From contig CAVUHF010000010.1 in the NCBI GenBank assembly GCA_963741195.1, positions 181,436 to 245,435 on the forward strand: a DNA stretch of 64,000 nucleotides. Direction: 5' to 3'. Origin of the DNA: Candidatus Acidiferrales bacterium. GTDB lineage: Bacteria > Acidobacteriota > Terriglobia > Acidiferrales > UBA7541. Position 1 is the first letter of the stretch. The number at the start of each line of letters is the position of its first letter. The translations under genes and the position numbers were made by a program. Positions 47,230-56,589 of this stretch are shown here, piece by piece. The notes beneath the pieces were generated by a model, which saw nothing but the letters and a program-made list of their open reading frames with translations, ran no database searches and had not been told where the DNA came from.

Positions 47230-48174
47230 ATGAATCGTCGCGAAGGTTTGCTTGCTTATTTCCTGGTCGCCGCTGCTCTGATCGGCGCGTTCATGTCGCG
47301 TGCCGCGGACACGCGAAAAGGAGATTGGACGCTGCATCGTTCCGATGAGCCGAGCAAGGTGGAGTTCGCGCTCATCCATACGCAGCACGGCAACTCGTCC
47401 CACCACTCATCCACCTGGCCCCTAGCGGCCTTCGTTGGCCTGGACGCCTCCAAGCCCGGGAAACAGGAAGTGATATTCACGATCACGCGAGACGCCGGCC
47501 GTTTCGATTGTGAAGGCTTCCTGGATAACGGCGATGGCGCCGGTGTCTTTCAGTTTATTGCCGATGCCAAGTACGCGACGGAAATGAAAGCGCTCGGCTT
47601 CACGGGCATCGACGACGAAAAGCAATACAGCATGGCCATCATGGATGTGAGCCTGAGCTTTGCCCGGGAGATGAAGGACCAGCACCTGAAAGGACTGGAT
47701 ACCGACAAACTAATCGAGTTTCGCATCTTCAACGTCGACTCGAAATTTATACGAGAACTGCGCTCGGCGGGCCTGAGCGCCACGAATTGCGACAAGCTCG
47801 TGGCGTTCCGGATTCATGGAGTCACCCCGGAGATGGTTCGCTTCCTGCAGCAAGCCGGCTACCAGCCCGATGAAGATACCTTGATCGCCATGCGCATTCA
47901 CGGCGCCACGCCCGAATGGATTCAACAGTTACAGAAGGAAGGCTATGACCACGTCGACCTTCAGAAACTGATAGCTTTCCGCATTCACGGCGTTTCCCCG
48001 GAATTCATCGAAAAGCTTCAGAGCCTTGGTTACAAGCATCCGGAACCCGATCAGCTCGTCGCCATGCGGATTCACGGTGTCACACCCGATTACATTACGG
48101 GCCTCGAATCCCACGGCATGAAGAATCTGACTATCGACCAACTGGTCAGTCTGCGAATTCAAGGCATTAACTAA
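47230..48174 (+). CDS. Secreted protein with beta-rich N-terminal domain and seven 28-29 aa repeats
   Basis: GGAG RBS, signal peptide, repeats xFIxxLxxxGYxxxxxDxLxAxRIHGVTP homologous to the M56 repeats. Confidence 0.85.
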   Translation: MNRREGLLAYFLVAAALIGAFMSRAADTRKGDWTLHRSDEPSKVEFALIHTQHGNSSHHSSTWPLAAFVGLDASKPGKQEVIFTITRDAGRFDCEGFLDNGDGAGVFQFIADAKYATEMKALGFTGIDDEKQYSMAIMDVSLSFAREMKDQHLKGLDTDKLIEFRIFNVDSKFIRELRSAGLSATNCDKLVAFRIHGVTPEMVRFLQQAGYQPDEDTLIAMRIHGATPEWIQQLQKEGYDHVDLQKLIAFRIHGVSPEFIEKLQSLGYKHPEPDQLVAMRIHGVTPDYITGLESHGMKNLTIDQLVSLRIQGIN

Positions 48175-48184
48175 CCTTCCGGAT

Positions 48185-49515
48185 CAGTGCTGTCCCAAGA
48201 AAGTCCCAACAGTCCAGCGTAACTGCTTGATTGAACGAAAGTAAGGGGTCTCCGTGAGTCTTTTCGATTTCAATTTTTTGCTTCTCTTTTGGCGCCATCC
48301 TACTGCTTTCCAGCTTGCTCCGGAGGCAGTAGATGAACCAAGGACGAACTGTTTTCTCTCAACTCGTGGAGTTCCTCCCAACCTACCAATTTCAAATTTG
48401 CGTCGATCGGTACCAGGGCAATCGCTACGTCAAAGATTTCTCCTGTTGGGATCAGTTCCTCTGTTTGGCCTTCGCTCAGCTCACCTATCGCGAAAGCCTC
48501 CGCGATATCGAAGCCTGTCTTCGTGCCCAGCAACCCAAACTCTATCATATGGGCTTCCGGGGCCAAGTTTCTCGCAACACGTTGGCACACGCCAACGAAC
48601 ACCGCGACTGGCGGATCTACGCCGATTTCGCCCAAATCTTGATTGCCGCCGCTCGCGACCTTTACCGTGGAGAATCTTTTGGAGTGGAGCTGTCCGAGAC
48701 TGTGTATGCCCTGGACTCCACGACCATCGATTTGTGCCTGTCGCTGTTTCCGTGGGGAAAATTCCGTCGCCGCAAGAGTGCGGTGAAACTGCACACGCTG
48801 TTGGATCTGCGAGGCAGCATTCCGACCAATGTTTATGTGACCGGAGGCCAAGTCCACGACGTCAACATTCTGGACCAACTGCTTCCCGAAGCCGGAGCGT
48901 TTTACCTGCTCGATCGTGGTTATGTGGACTTCGCTCGCCTGTATGTCTTGGCCCAAGCTTGTGCCTTCTTCGTCACTCGCGCCAAAAAGAATATGCAGTT
49001 CTACCGTCGCAACTCACGTCCCGTCGAACGATCGGCAGGATTGCGGAGCGACCAAACCATTCTGCTGACCGGAATGCGAACCGCCCAGCGCTATCCAGAT
49101 CCCTTGCGACGCATCCACTATTTCGATGCCGAGAAAGACTCCCGACTGACCTTCCTGACCAACAATTTTCTCCTTCCTGCTTTGACCATCGCCCAGCTGT
49201 ACCGGGCACGATGGAAAGTGGAATTGTTTTTTCGCTGGATCAAACAGCACCTGCGCATCAAGGCTTTCTACGGCACCTCGGAGAACGCGGTGAAGACCCA
49301 AGCTTGGGTGGCCTTATCGGTTTACGTGCTCGTGGCGATCGTCAAAAAGCAACTGGGGCTCGACCTGAGCCTGTACAAAATTCTGCAGATTCTCAGCGTC
49401 ACAGTTTTCGAAAAAACCCCGATTTTAGAGGGGTTTTCCAACTTCAGCGACGGGTTCACAGATGCCGAGGCCTGTATCCAGTTGAACCTATTCGACTTTT
49501 AATGGGACAGCACTG
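48185..49515 (+). mobile_element. Complete IS4-family insertion sequence (1331 bp)
   Basis: 13-bp terminal IRs CAGTGCTGTCCCA (48185-48197) and TGGGACAGCACTG (49503-49515); 9-bp TSD CTTCCGGAT at 48176-48184 and 49516-49524. Confidence 0.95.
48333..49502 (+). CDS. IS4-family DDE transposase (DUF4372-type N-terminus)
   Basis: WDQFLCLAFAQLTYRESLRDIE, ALDSTTIDL, LLDRGYVD, YRARWKVELFFRWIKQHL (YREK signature). Confidence 0.95.
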   Translation: MNQGRTVFSQLVEFLPTYQFQICVDRYQGNRYVKDFSCWDQFLCLAFAQLTYRESLRDIEACLRAQQPKLYHMGFRGQVSRNTLAHANEHRDWRIYADFAQILIAAARDLYRGESFGVELSETVYALDSTTIDLCLSLFPWGKFRRRKSAVKLHTLLDLRGSIPTNVYVTGGQVHDVNILDQLLPEAGAFYLLDRGYVDFARLYVLAQACAFFVTRAKKNMQFYRRNSRPVERSAGLRSDQTILLTGMRTAQRYPDPLRRIHYFDAEKDSRLTFLTNNFLLPALTIAQLYRARWKVELFFRWIKQHLRIKAFYGTSENAVKTQAWVALSVYVLVAIVKKQLGLDLSLYKILQILSVTVFEKTPILEGFSNFSDGFTDAEACIQLNLFDF

Positions 49516-49673
49516 CTTCCGGATACGAAACTACCGCGGACGCGTGGGCTCTTAGTTCTTTAGTTCGGCAACCCCCGGGGCTACTATGGCTTCAGTTCTC
49601 GCCCACGTCGTGACGCATTACACCAAAACTGATACAACATCCTGTATCTGCACACGAACAGGGGAACCGCGTT

Positions 49674-50186
49674 ATGCACGTAAACATCAAACGCCAAAGT
49701 GTCGACCTTTCTGGCTATCCGGATCTGGTAGTGATTTACTTGGGCATGCGAGTCAACACTCTGACTGGCATCAAGACGCTTCTGGGGTTCGGTCCTCGCA
49801 TCAACCACGCCGTCGAGCAGCAACCAGAGGGACTTCTCCTACACGAACAGATGATCTACTCACTTTTCCCGCCGCACGTCGGCATGAGGCAATACTGGCG
49901 CGATTTTGAATCCCTGGAACACTGGGCGCGCTCGGAACCTCACCGGCAATGGTGGAAGGCGTTTCTGTGGAATTCCGGTGGCACCGGTTTCTGGCATGAA
50001 ACGTATTTCATTCGCGGCGGATTCGAAGGTATCTTCACCGACCTGAACGATCCCATCGGATTCCTGAAGTTCGCACCGGCCGTCGAAGCAAAAGGCGCCA
50101 TGTTCTCCGCGCGTAAACGCCTCCGACTCCCCGGCGAATCACCCCTGGAGTCCCCCGTTCCGGAAAGCAGTTCCGCAAAATCCTGA
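49674..50186 (+). CDS. DUF4188 / aldoxime-dehydratase-like protein
   Basis: LVVIYLGMRVN, RQYWRDFESLEHWARSEPHRQWW, GTGFWHETY. Confidence 0.8.
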   Translation: MHVNIKRQSVDLSGYPDLVVIYLGMRVNTLTGIKTLLGFGPRINHAVEQQPEGLLLHEQMIYSLFPPHVGMRQYWRDFESLEHWARSEPHRQWWKAFLWNSGGTGFWHETYFIRGGFEGIFTDLNDPIGFLKFAPAVEAKGAMFSARKRLRLPGESPLESPVPESSSAKS

Positions 50187-50272
50187 AACTGCATTGGTCC
50201 GTCGCCCAAGCGGCACAATCAGGGCGTCTCTTTCGCGATTTCGCATCTCTTTGCGAGAGGAAAATACACGAT

Positions 50273-51772
50273 TTAGTCAATTCGTTTGATGGGAATCTCT
50301 CTACCGCCTGTGCGTAGAACCATGCGCAGCACTCGGCCATTTCTGTCCATCTCAAAGGTGAGCTCATCGTCGGCGACCTTCGAGAAAAATACTGTCTCGC
50401 TTGTCGCGAACAGCTCCTGCTTGGGCTCATCATTCTCCTGAATCGAGAGATGATCGCCTTCGCGGCGAATCACCAGGAGCAAGTCCGGGGGCACACCATA
50501 GTGTCCCACGTAGCGCGCGAGTACCTTGCCATCGATGACGATTTCCTTGCGAACCTTCATCGGCGTCCGGGGAGGCAGCAGGTCGTAGGGGGCAAATCCC
50601 TCCCACTCGATCGGTGTATAGGTGTTCTTTTGCAGAGTTTCCAGCAACTCCTTGTACATGCCTTCACCGTTGGAACTGTTCGTCATCATCACTATGCAAC
50701 TCTTTTTTTCTTCGAAACACACGGCATAGTTCATGTGGCCATCGTCGTGCCCTTCCTTGAAAAACGCTTTGCCATACGGTGAGCGGTACAATCCCCACGT
50801 CAACCCGTAGCTGAGCTGGATCCCTTTGTTCTCATCCGTGGTCTCAGTGGAAAACGTGGGAAATTGGTGTTTTGAAAGGATGGCGATCTGCGGGGTTAGC
50901 ATCATTTCCTGCGTTTGTTTGCGCATTCCTCTTGCCTCCAGCACCGCCTGCAGGAATTTCGCAAAATCCTGCACGGTCGTAAGCATAGAACCCGCTGCGT
51001 CTGCCTTCGTCCGGCGCTGCGGACCCAGCGACCTTCCGTGCTCATCGTAGCCGTCTGCATAGTCACTTTCAAACCGCGGCTGCCAGACCATGCTGGTCCG
51101 CGGCATCCCGAACGGTTCGAATATGTGCTCCTGCATCAACTCCGCGAGCGGCTTTCCTGTAATCGTTTCCACCACCAACTGCAACAGCAGCAATCCCTCG
51201 CCGGAATAGGCGTATCGCGTGCCCGGCTCGAACGCGATGTTCAGCTTCCTATCTTCATTGAACCAGCGCCAGTTGGGGAACCCGCTGGTATGGCTCAAGA
51301 GCATGCGGGCGGTGATTTTCTTGTAACGAGGATCGCTGGAGAGATCTTGATAATTCGCATACTCGGGCAACGGTCTCGAGAGGTACAGGTAGACGGGCTT
51401 GTCCAAGTTCAACTGGTCTTTGTCGACCACCTGCATGACCAAATCGCCGAATGCCACTTTGGTGAAGGACGCCCCAGACATCACCGTTTCTGGCGTCATG
51501 GGCAGATTCTGTTCCTGATCGCGCCGGCCGTAGCCTTTCAGGTAAACGATCTTCCCATCATTCAGAATCGCCAGGCCCATTCCCGGCACTTCGGCCGCTT
51601 TCATCACGCGATTCACTGTCGCATCAATCTCTGGAGCGGTGATGACGCTCCCATCCAGTCGCTGCACCTTTTCTACATTCGCGAACGTCTGCTGGGCGGT
51701 CGCGGACATTGCGCAACAGCAAAGCGCACCGAACGCGCAGAAAAGGGAAAGTAGCATTTTGTTCGGATTCAT
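50273..51772 (-). CDS. Serine hydrolase, beta-lactamase/AmpC-like, with C-terminal DUF3471-like domain
   Basis: Signal peptide, SFTK (SxxK), LLSHTSG, YSGEG, KEGHDDG; C-terminal YVGHY.. domain. Confidence 0.9.
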   Translation of the reverse strand: MNPNKMLLSLFCAFGALCCCAMSATAQQTFANVEKVQRLDGSVITAPEIDATVNRVMKAAEVPGMGLAILNDGKIVYLKGYGRRDQEQNLPMTPETVMSGASFTKVAFGDLVMQVVDKDQLNLDKPVYLYLSRPLPEYANYQDLSSDPRYKKITARMLLSHTSGFPNWRWFNEDRKLNIAFEPGTRYAYSGEGLLLLQLVVETITGKPLAELMQEHIFEPFGMPRTSMVWQPRFESDYADGYDEHGRSLGPQRRTKADAAGSMLTTVQDFAKFLQAVLEARGMRKQTQEMMLTPQIAILSKHQFPTFSTETTDENKGIQLSYGLTWGLYRSPYGKAFFKEGHDDGHMNYAVCFEEKKSCIVMMTNSSNGEGMYKELLETLQKNTYTPIEWEGFAPYDLLPPRTPMKVRKEIVIDGKVLARYVGHYGVPPDLLLVIRREGDHLSIQENDEPKQELFATSETVFFSKVADDELTFEMDRNGRVLRMVLRTGGREIPIKRID

Positions 51773-51996
51773 CGCCTTCTCTCTCACTGTGACAATACGA
51801 GTAACACCAATCAAAAGTTGCCGCCGTCCTCCCGCATGGGACACAGCCGGGCACCTGACCATCCTACCCATAGGTTCGCAACGTAAAATCCGAGCAGAAG
51901 ATTTCCCAAATAGCCAAAGTTCTTGCACACCTTCTCACGCAAGCCTGCGGTTCGCGAACCGTTGGGAAGGAGGTGCTAAGATTGCTCTTCTAACCG

Positions 51997-52104
51997 TAAG
52001 ACGCCGACGCCTCCGGATACAGCGACCGCCACATACCGCCAATCTCGCAACGAGGCCGGCGGAATGTCGCCAATCAAAAGGTCGCGGATGATGCCGCCAC
52101 CAAA
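51997..52104 (-). pseudogene. Internal remnant of a TRIC/UPF0126 membrane protein gene
   Basis: Minus frame reads FGGGIIRDLLIGDIPPASLRDWRYVAVAVSGGVGVL, with no start and no other half. Confidence 0.65.
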
Positions 52105-52171
52105 CACTTTCCTGCCCTTCTTACCGGTGCACCGCTGCTAACGACACCCACGCCACTGTCCGCAATCCTAT

Positions 52172-52906
52172 CTACTCGGGCGGGCAGTATTTTCCCGCGA
52201 GAAGAATACCTGCTTGCCAATCGGCATGCGGCAGTCCGGAACGTAATAGGTCTCTTGCTTCACTTTCCACGTCGTATTCCACTCTGCGTATGTTGACGTT
52301 CTTTCCATCAATCACGAGATAGGACGCGCGCCGGTCGCCATCGTAGGATTGGCTTACGCTCCCCGAATTCGCCACGGTCATGCCTGGCAGCGGGCGTACG
52401 TACGGACAGTGAATATGGCCATAAACCACGAGTCGAGCCGCAAGCGGTGCATAGATGCGCTGCAGTTCATCCTCGCTGGCCTGTGGCGCCGGAGCCCGCC
52501 AGAGATCATCCGGGCTGGCATGAACCAGGGCGAAGTGTTCGTGGGAATACTGCAGAGGCAACGCTTCGAGCCATTTCAATCGTTCTTCGCCGAGGAGCGT
52601 GCGCGTGGGCGAAATCGTTTCTCCGACCCGTGCGAGTACGCACGCCAATTTCGGTTCTGTCGCCGAGAATTCAGCCAGGCGCTGCGGCGCCCAAAGCATT
52701 TCATCCGTATTCCCGAGGACGCCTGGCCAGCCAAGCACACGGACCCGATCGATGATCTCTGCTGGATAAGCGCCTCCGGCGGCCAAATCACCGCCGTGAA
52801 CAATCAGGTCCGGGGCAAGGTTCCGCAGATCTGCCAGAACTGCTTCGAAGGCTCGCCGATTGCCGTGAATGTCCGATACGATTGCGATCCTCATAGGGTC
52901 CGCCAC
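52172..52906 (-). CDS. Calcineurin-like metallophosphoesterase
   Basis: SDIHGN, GDL, GNTD, HAS, GHIH, NSGSV. Confidence 0.92.
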   Translation of the reverse strand: MADPMRIAIVSDIHGNRRAFEAVLADLRNLAPDLIVHGGDLAAGGAYPAEIIDRVRVLGWPGVLGNTDEMLWAPQRLAEFSATEPKLACVLARVGETISPTRTLLGEERLKWLEALPLQYSHEHFALVHASPDDLWRAPAPQASEDELQRIYAPLAARLVVYGHIHCPYVRPLPGMTVANSGSVSQSYDGDRRASYLVIDGKNVNIRRVEYDVESEARDLLRSGLPHADWQAGILLAGKYCPPE

Positions 52907-52914
52907 TCAGGCAA

Positions 52915-53847
52915 TTACTTTCCAGACGCAGGCAGGACATGAATCGTGTGCAACCAGGTGTCAACCAATTGCGGCCACGCTGTGACGGGCAGTTCGATGC
53001 GTCGCAAGCCGTAGCCGTGTCCTCCACTGGCGTACACATGCAGTTCCGCAGGGACTTTGGCGTTTTTCAGTGCCAGGAAGTAAACCGTCGCGTTCTCTAC
53101 ATGCACGGGATCGTCTTCGGCTTGCACAATAAATGACGGCGGGGTCTTCTCGGTAACATGAATCTCTGGATTGGGCGCAAAGTTTTGTTCCGCAACAGCA
53201 AGATAACCAGGATAAATGATTGCAGCGAAGTCCGGCCGGCAACTGAGTCGATCGGCGGCATCCACGGGATCGTATAGCCGCTGATCGAAGTGCGTGCTGA
53301 GCGCTGCGGAGAGGTGCGCTCCAGCAGAGAAACCAAGCACCCCAATGCGATTCGGATCGATGTGCCACTCCGCAGCGCGGGAGCGCACAATTCCAACCGC
53401 ACGCTGGGCGTCCTGCAGGGCGGCAGCGGACTGCGGATATGGTCCTGAATTGGGTACGCGATATTTTACAAGCACACAGGTTATGCCCGCGGAATTGAGC
53501 CAGTCGCAGACCTCCGTCCCTTCCAGATCAATCGCCAGGATGGTGTAGCCACCACCTGGAAAGACCACCACTGCGGCGCCGGTGTTCTTCGCCGCTGGCG
53601 GCGAGTAAACAGTGAGCGTTGGCGTCGAGACGTTGCCCAAACGGATCAGCGGCTTTCCCGCGATGAGATTGTCCTTCGCACTGGTGGTATCAATCTCAGC
53701 GGCGGCTTTTGACTGCGTGTCGGGTGCGCCTTTGGGCCACAGCGCAATTGTGGTGTGACCCGGTGCAGGCTGCCATGCAGGCTTTTGCGCGAACGCACAG
53801 GCGCAGATGACCGCAATCGAGGCGGCCGTCAGTAAATGTCGTCGCAT
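52915..53847 (-). CDS. Secreted alpha/beta hydrolase (esterase)
   Basis: FPGGGY, GFSAG nucleophile elbow, RPDFAAIIYP, DDPV, GGHGYG. Confidence 0.9.
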   Translation of the reverse strand: MRRHLLTAASIAVICACAFAQKPAWQPAPGHTTIALWPKGAPDTQSKAAAEIDTTSAKDNLIAGKPLIRLGNVSTPTLTVYSPPAAKNTGAAVVVFPGGGYTILAIDLEGTEVCDWLNSAGITCVLVKYRVPNSGPYPQSAAALQDAQRAVGIVRSRAAEWHIDPNRIGVLGFSAGAHLSAALSTHFDQRLYDPVDAADRLSCRPDFAAIIYPGYLAVAEQNFAPNPEIHVTEKTPPSFIVQAEDDPVHVENATVYFLALKNAKVPAELHVYASGGHGYGLRRIELPVTAWPQLVDTWLHTIHVLPASGK

Positions 53848-54034
53848 GATGGGGACCTTTGGTTGGACCATGAGTTCAACACGTAATAACAGAACGATGA
53901 TGGCAGCCGCACGGGCCGGAGTGCAAGTATTGGGCACATTCTTACCGAGGCAGTATGCGTGCCTCGACTCTCAGCCATCTAGTAAGAGCTTGAGGTTCGC
54001 TGTATTACGATGCCTGCTGCGGGAGGTCAAGCCT

Positions 54035-54454
54035 ATGGCAGCTCTGATTCATCATTCGTTAGATCTGCTTGGCGGAATGTTGGCTGTCGTGGCAGTCCTA
54101 TTCACGCTAAAGGAAACGCGTGAGGAGAGCCTGTCTGCTGGCATCTCGCGACTGATCGCGACCGGTGTCAGTTTCGCGTTGTGCCTGGTGTACCTGCTGT
54201 TTTTCCCATTTCATGCCGAAGGAATGGCTCTGCTCATCGGCATCGCCACGGTGATCATGATCGAATTGGGAAGGCGCAGCGAAATCGTAACCGCTGGGAT
54301 CACCATCTCCGTTGTGATGATTGTTCTAGTGCTTAGCCCTGCTTTCGCATGGCATCAGCCTTTGATGCGCCTGCTGGATACCGCGGTCAGCATAGTGGTG
54401 GCGCTCATGTTTGCCCAGGCAGGGTCGTTCTTGTTTGGCTTGAAGCCGGAGTAG
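54035..54454 (+). CDS. FUSC-like membrane protein
   Basis: GGGAGG RBS; LLGGMLAVVAVLF, RLIAT, PLMRLLDT pattern; several TM helices. Confidence 0.6.
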   Translation: MAALIHHSLDLLGGMLAVVAVLFTLKETREESLSAGISRLIATGVSFALCLVYLLFFPFHAEGMALLIGIATVIMIELGRRSEIVTAGITISVVMIVLVLSPAFAWHQPLMRLLDTAVSIVVALMFAQAGSFLFGLKPE

Positions 54455-54553
54455 CAGATTGGGTATGGGCAGGACATTCGAGTCCTGCTGCTCCATTCCT
54501 CACGCATTTTTCCTTATACTATCAAAGAAGATCATCCTTGAAGGACGGAGCAC

Positions 54554-55741
54554 ATGACTCGCAGCGATTCCCCAGCCTATCTTCGCTTTACTCTCATTGC
54601 CCTTATTTTTGTGCTCGGAGCTTTCTGGGTTGGTGCGCGTTATGGACCTCACCAGGCCCAAAAGGTAGAAGCGCACCGCGCGACGCCCGATCCACAACCT
54701 GCCGGCGCCGATGTTCAGGCAAACGCGCCGGAACGGCTGGAAGGCCTTACAAATGAAGAATCCACGAATGTGCGCATCTACCACCAGGCCTCTCCCGCAG
54801 TGGCTAATGTCCTTACGAAAGCCACTGAGTACGATTTTTTCATGACCCCCGTGCCCGTAGAAGGCGCCGGCTCCGGCTTTCTCATTGACCCGCGCGGGTA
54901 CATCCTGACCAATTTCCATGTTGTCGCCGGCGCGCAATCAATAGAAGTGGTGCTCGGCGATCGTTCCAAGTATCCAGCCAAATTCATTGGCGCCGACGAA
55001 CGCAACGATGTGGCGCTGATTAAGATCGATCCCAAGGGAAAGCAATTGACCTCGCTGCAACTCGGCGATTCCTCCAAGCTACAAGTGGGACAGAAAGTTC
55101 TGGCCATCGGCAATCCTTTTGGCTTTCAATCCACACTGACCACTGGCGTCGTCAGCGCGCTCGGCCGCACGGTGCAAACCAGTGAGAACACGCTGATCGA
55201 TGAAGCAATCCAGACCGATGCCTCCATTAACCGCGGGAATTCCGGCGGCCCACTGATTAACACTCACGGAGAAGTTATCGGGATCAATTCCGCAATTTTC
55301 ACACCAACTGGCACAACGGCCGGAATCGGGTTTGCCATTCCAATTAACACTGCCAAGCTGATCGCGGCCGATCTGATGACGGAAGGTCGTGTTCGCCGCG
55401 CGTATCTCGGCGTTCAAACCATTCCCGTTGGTGGCTGGCTGGCGGAGGCGCTGGATCTTCCGGTGCAAGAAGGCTTGCTCGTCGAACAGGCCACCAAGGG
55501 CAGCCCTGCCGCCGCTGCGGGGATTCACGGCGGCGACCGCACCGCTCAGGCAGGTATGCGGCGACTCTATATCGGAGGCGACGTGATTGTGGCGGTCGAC
55601 GGCCAGAAAGTTGGCAACCGCTTCGATATGGACGTGATCCTGAATCGTAAGCGTCCGGGAGACTCGATCACCGTCACCGTCTATCGTGGGGCGAAAAAGT
55701 TGGATATACCCGTGAAATTGGGAGAACGCGACGGAAATTGA
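54554..55741 (+). CDS. HtrA/DegP-like trypsin serine protease with one PDZ domain
   Basis: GSGF, TNFHVV, DVALIK, QTDASINRGNSGGPL, PDZ with GDVIVAVDG. Confidence 0.95.
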   Translation: MTRSDSPAYLRFTLIALIFVLGAFWVGARYGPHQAQKVEAHRATPDPQPAGADVQANAPERLEGLTNEESTNVRIYHQASPAVANVLTKATEYDFFMTPVPVEGAGSGFLIDPRGYILTNFHVVAGAQSIEVVLGDRSKYPAKFIGADERNDVALIKIDPKGKQLTSLQLGDSSKLQVGQKVLAIGNPFGFQSTLTTGVVSALGRTVQTSENTLIDEAIQTDASINRGNSGGPLINTHGEVIGINSAIFTPTGTTAGIGFAIPINTAKLIAADLMTEGRVRRAYLGVQTIPVGGWLAEALDLPVQEGLLVEQATKGSPAAAAGIHGGDRTAQAGMRRLYIGGDVIVAVDGQKVGNRFDMDVILNRKRPGDSITVTVYRGAKKLDIPVKLGERDGN

Positions 55742-55781
55742 TCGCTGACAGTTTGAAACTCAGGTAGCGACGGAATCCTAC

Positions 55782-56558
55782 TCAAGGCCCAATTTCCGCG
55801 CGCAGACGCTTTCGTTCGTCTTCGCTCAGCGAAAACCAGCTTTCGGCGATGTCTCGCACGCGCTCCAGTGATTTCTGCAGCTCTTCGTGTTTCGCTTTGA
55901 TCATCTCCGCATCGGCGTCTCGTGGCACATGAATAAATGGCGCACCGATAATGATTGCGCGCGCGAACAGCCTTGGCAGCAAAAAGTGATCCCAGGTCTT
56001 CTCAATGGTCTTCCCGCGGTCCACACCGATGTGGAACACCATGATCGGTGCGCCGGTCATCCGCGCCAACAGCACGGGGCCGACCTTTGCCACATAGCGA
56101 GGTCCGCGCGGCCCATCAATCGTGAACGCGCAATCCAATCCTTCGGCAATCCGCTTGGCCATCACCTGCAATCCGCGCAATCCCCCGCGCGAAGAACTCC
56201 CCTGCGCCGTGCCAAATCCGAGCCGCTCGATCACCTTGCGAGTCCATTGCCCGTCGAACGCGGTCGTGTTCATTACGACGATTCCGCGGTTCCGCCCATA
56301 CCAAACGATCGGGATGATGATGCGATGCCAGAACGCCCAGATGGTAGGCTGTTTCGCGATCCGCCGCTGCTCAACCTTTTCGCCCCCCAGCACTTCGTAA
56401 CGCAGTGTTGGTCCGATTGCGCGGATGACGCTGTACACCACCGCCGCGATGACCGGAATCTGCATGCGCCTGTGCCATGGCAGCTTAGGCAGGCGCGTAT
56501 CGTAGTGCGCACTAACCGGCTCGGGCACCGCTTCGTTCTCGATTTCAGGGGTCTCCAT
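55782..56558 (-). CDS. DUF374 lysophospholipid acyltransferase-family protein
   Basis: AFWH, QGSSSRGG, TIDGPRGP, WDHFLLP. Confidence 0.85.
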   Translation of the reverse strand: METPEIENEAVPEPVSAHYDTRLPKLPWHRRMQIPVIAAVVYSVIRAIGPTLRYEVLGGEKVEQRRIAKQPTIWAFWHRIIIPIVWYGRNRGIVVMNTTAFDGQWTRKVIERLGFGTAQGSSSRGGLRGLQVMAKRIAEGLDCAFTIDGPRGPRYVAKVGPVLLARMTGAPIMVFHIGVDRGKTIEKTWDHFLLPRLFARAIIIGAPFIHVPRDADAEMIKAKHEELQKSLERVRDIAESWFSLSEDERKRLRAEIGP

Positions 56559-56589
56559 CTTCCTATATTATAGGAGGGTTGCAGTTTCC

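Noticed and set aside
46518-48170. CRISPR array or DNA-level repeat element
   Set aside because: The ~84-87 nt periodicity is in-frame protein repeat with synonymous variation, not identical repeats with unique spacers. The same applies to the GDRGG arrays in rne. No CRISPR array or cas gene was seen in the window.
51772-51930. BlaI operator controlling the nearby beta-lactamase-like hydrolase
   Set aside because: No ACTACGAA/TTCGTAGT-like box found upstream, so a regulatory link is unsupported.
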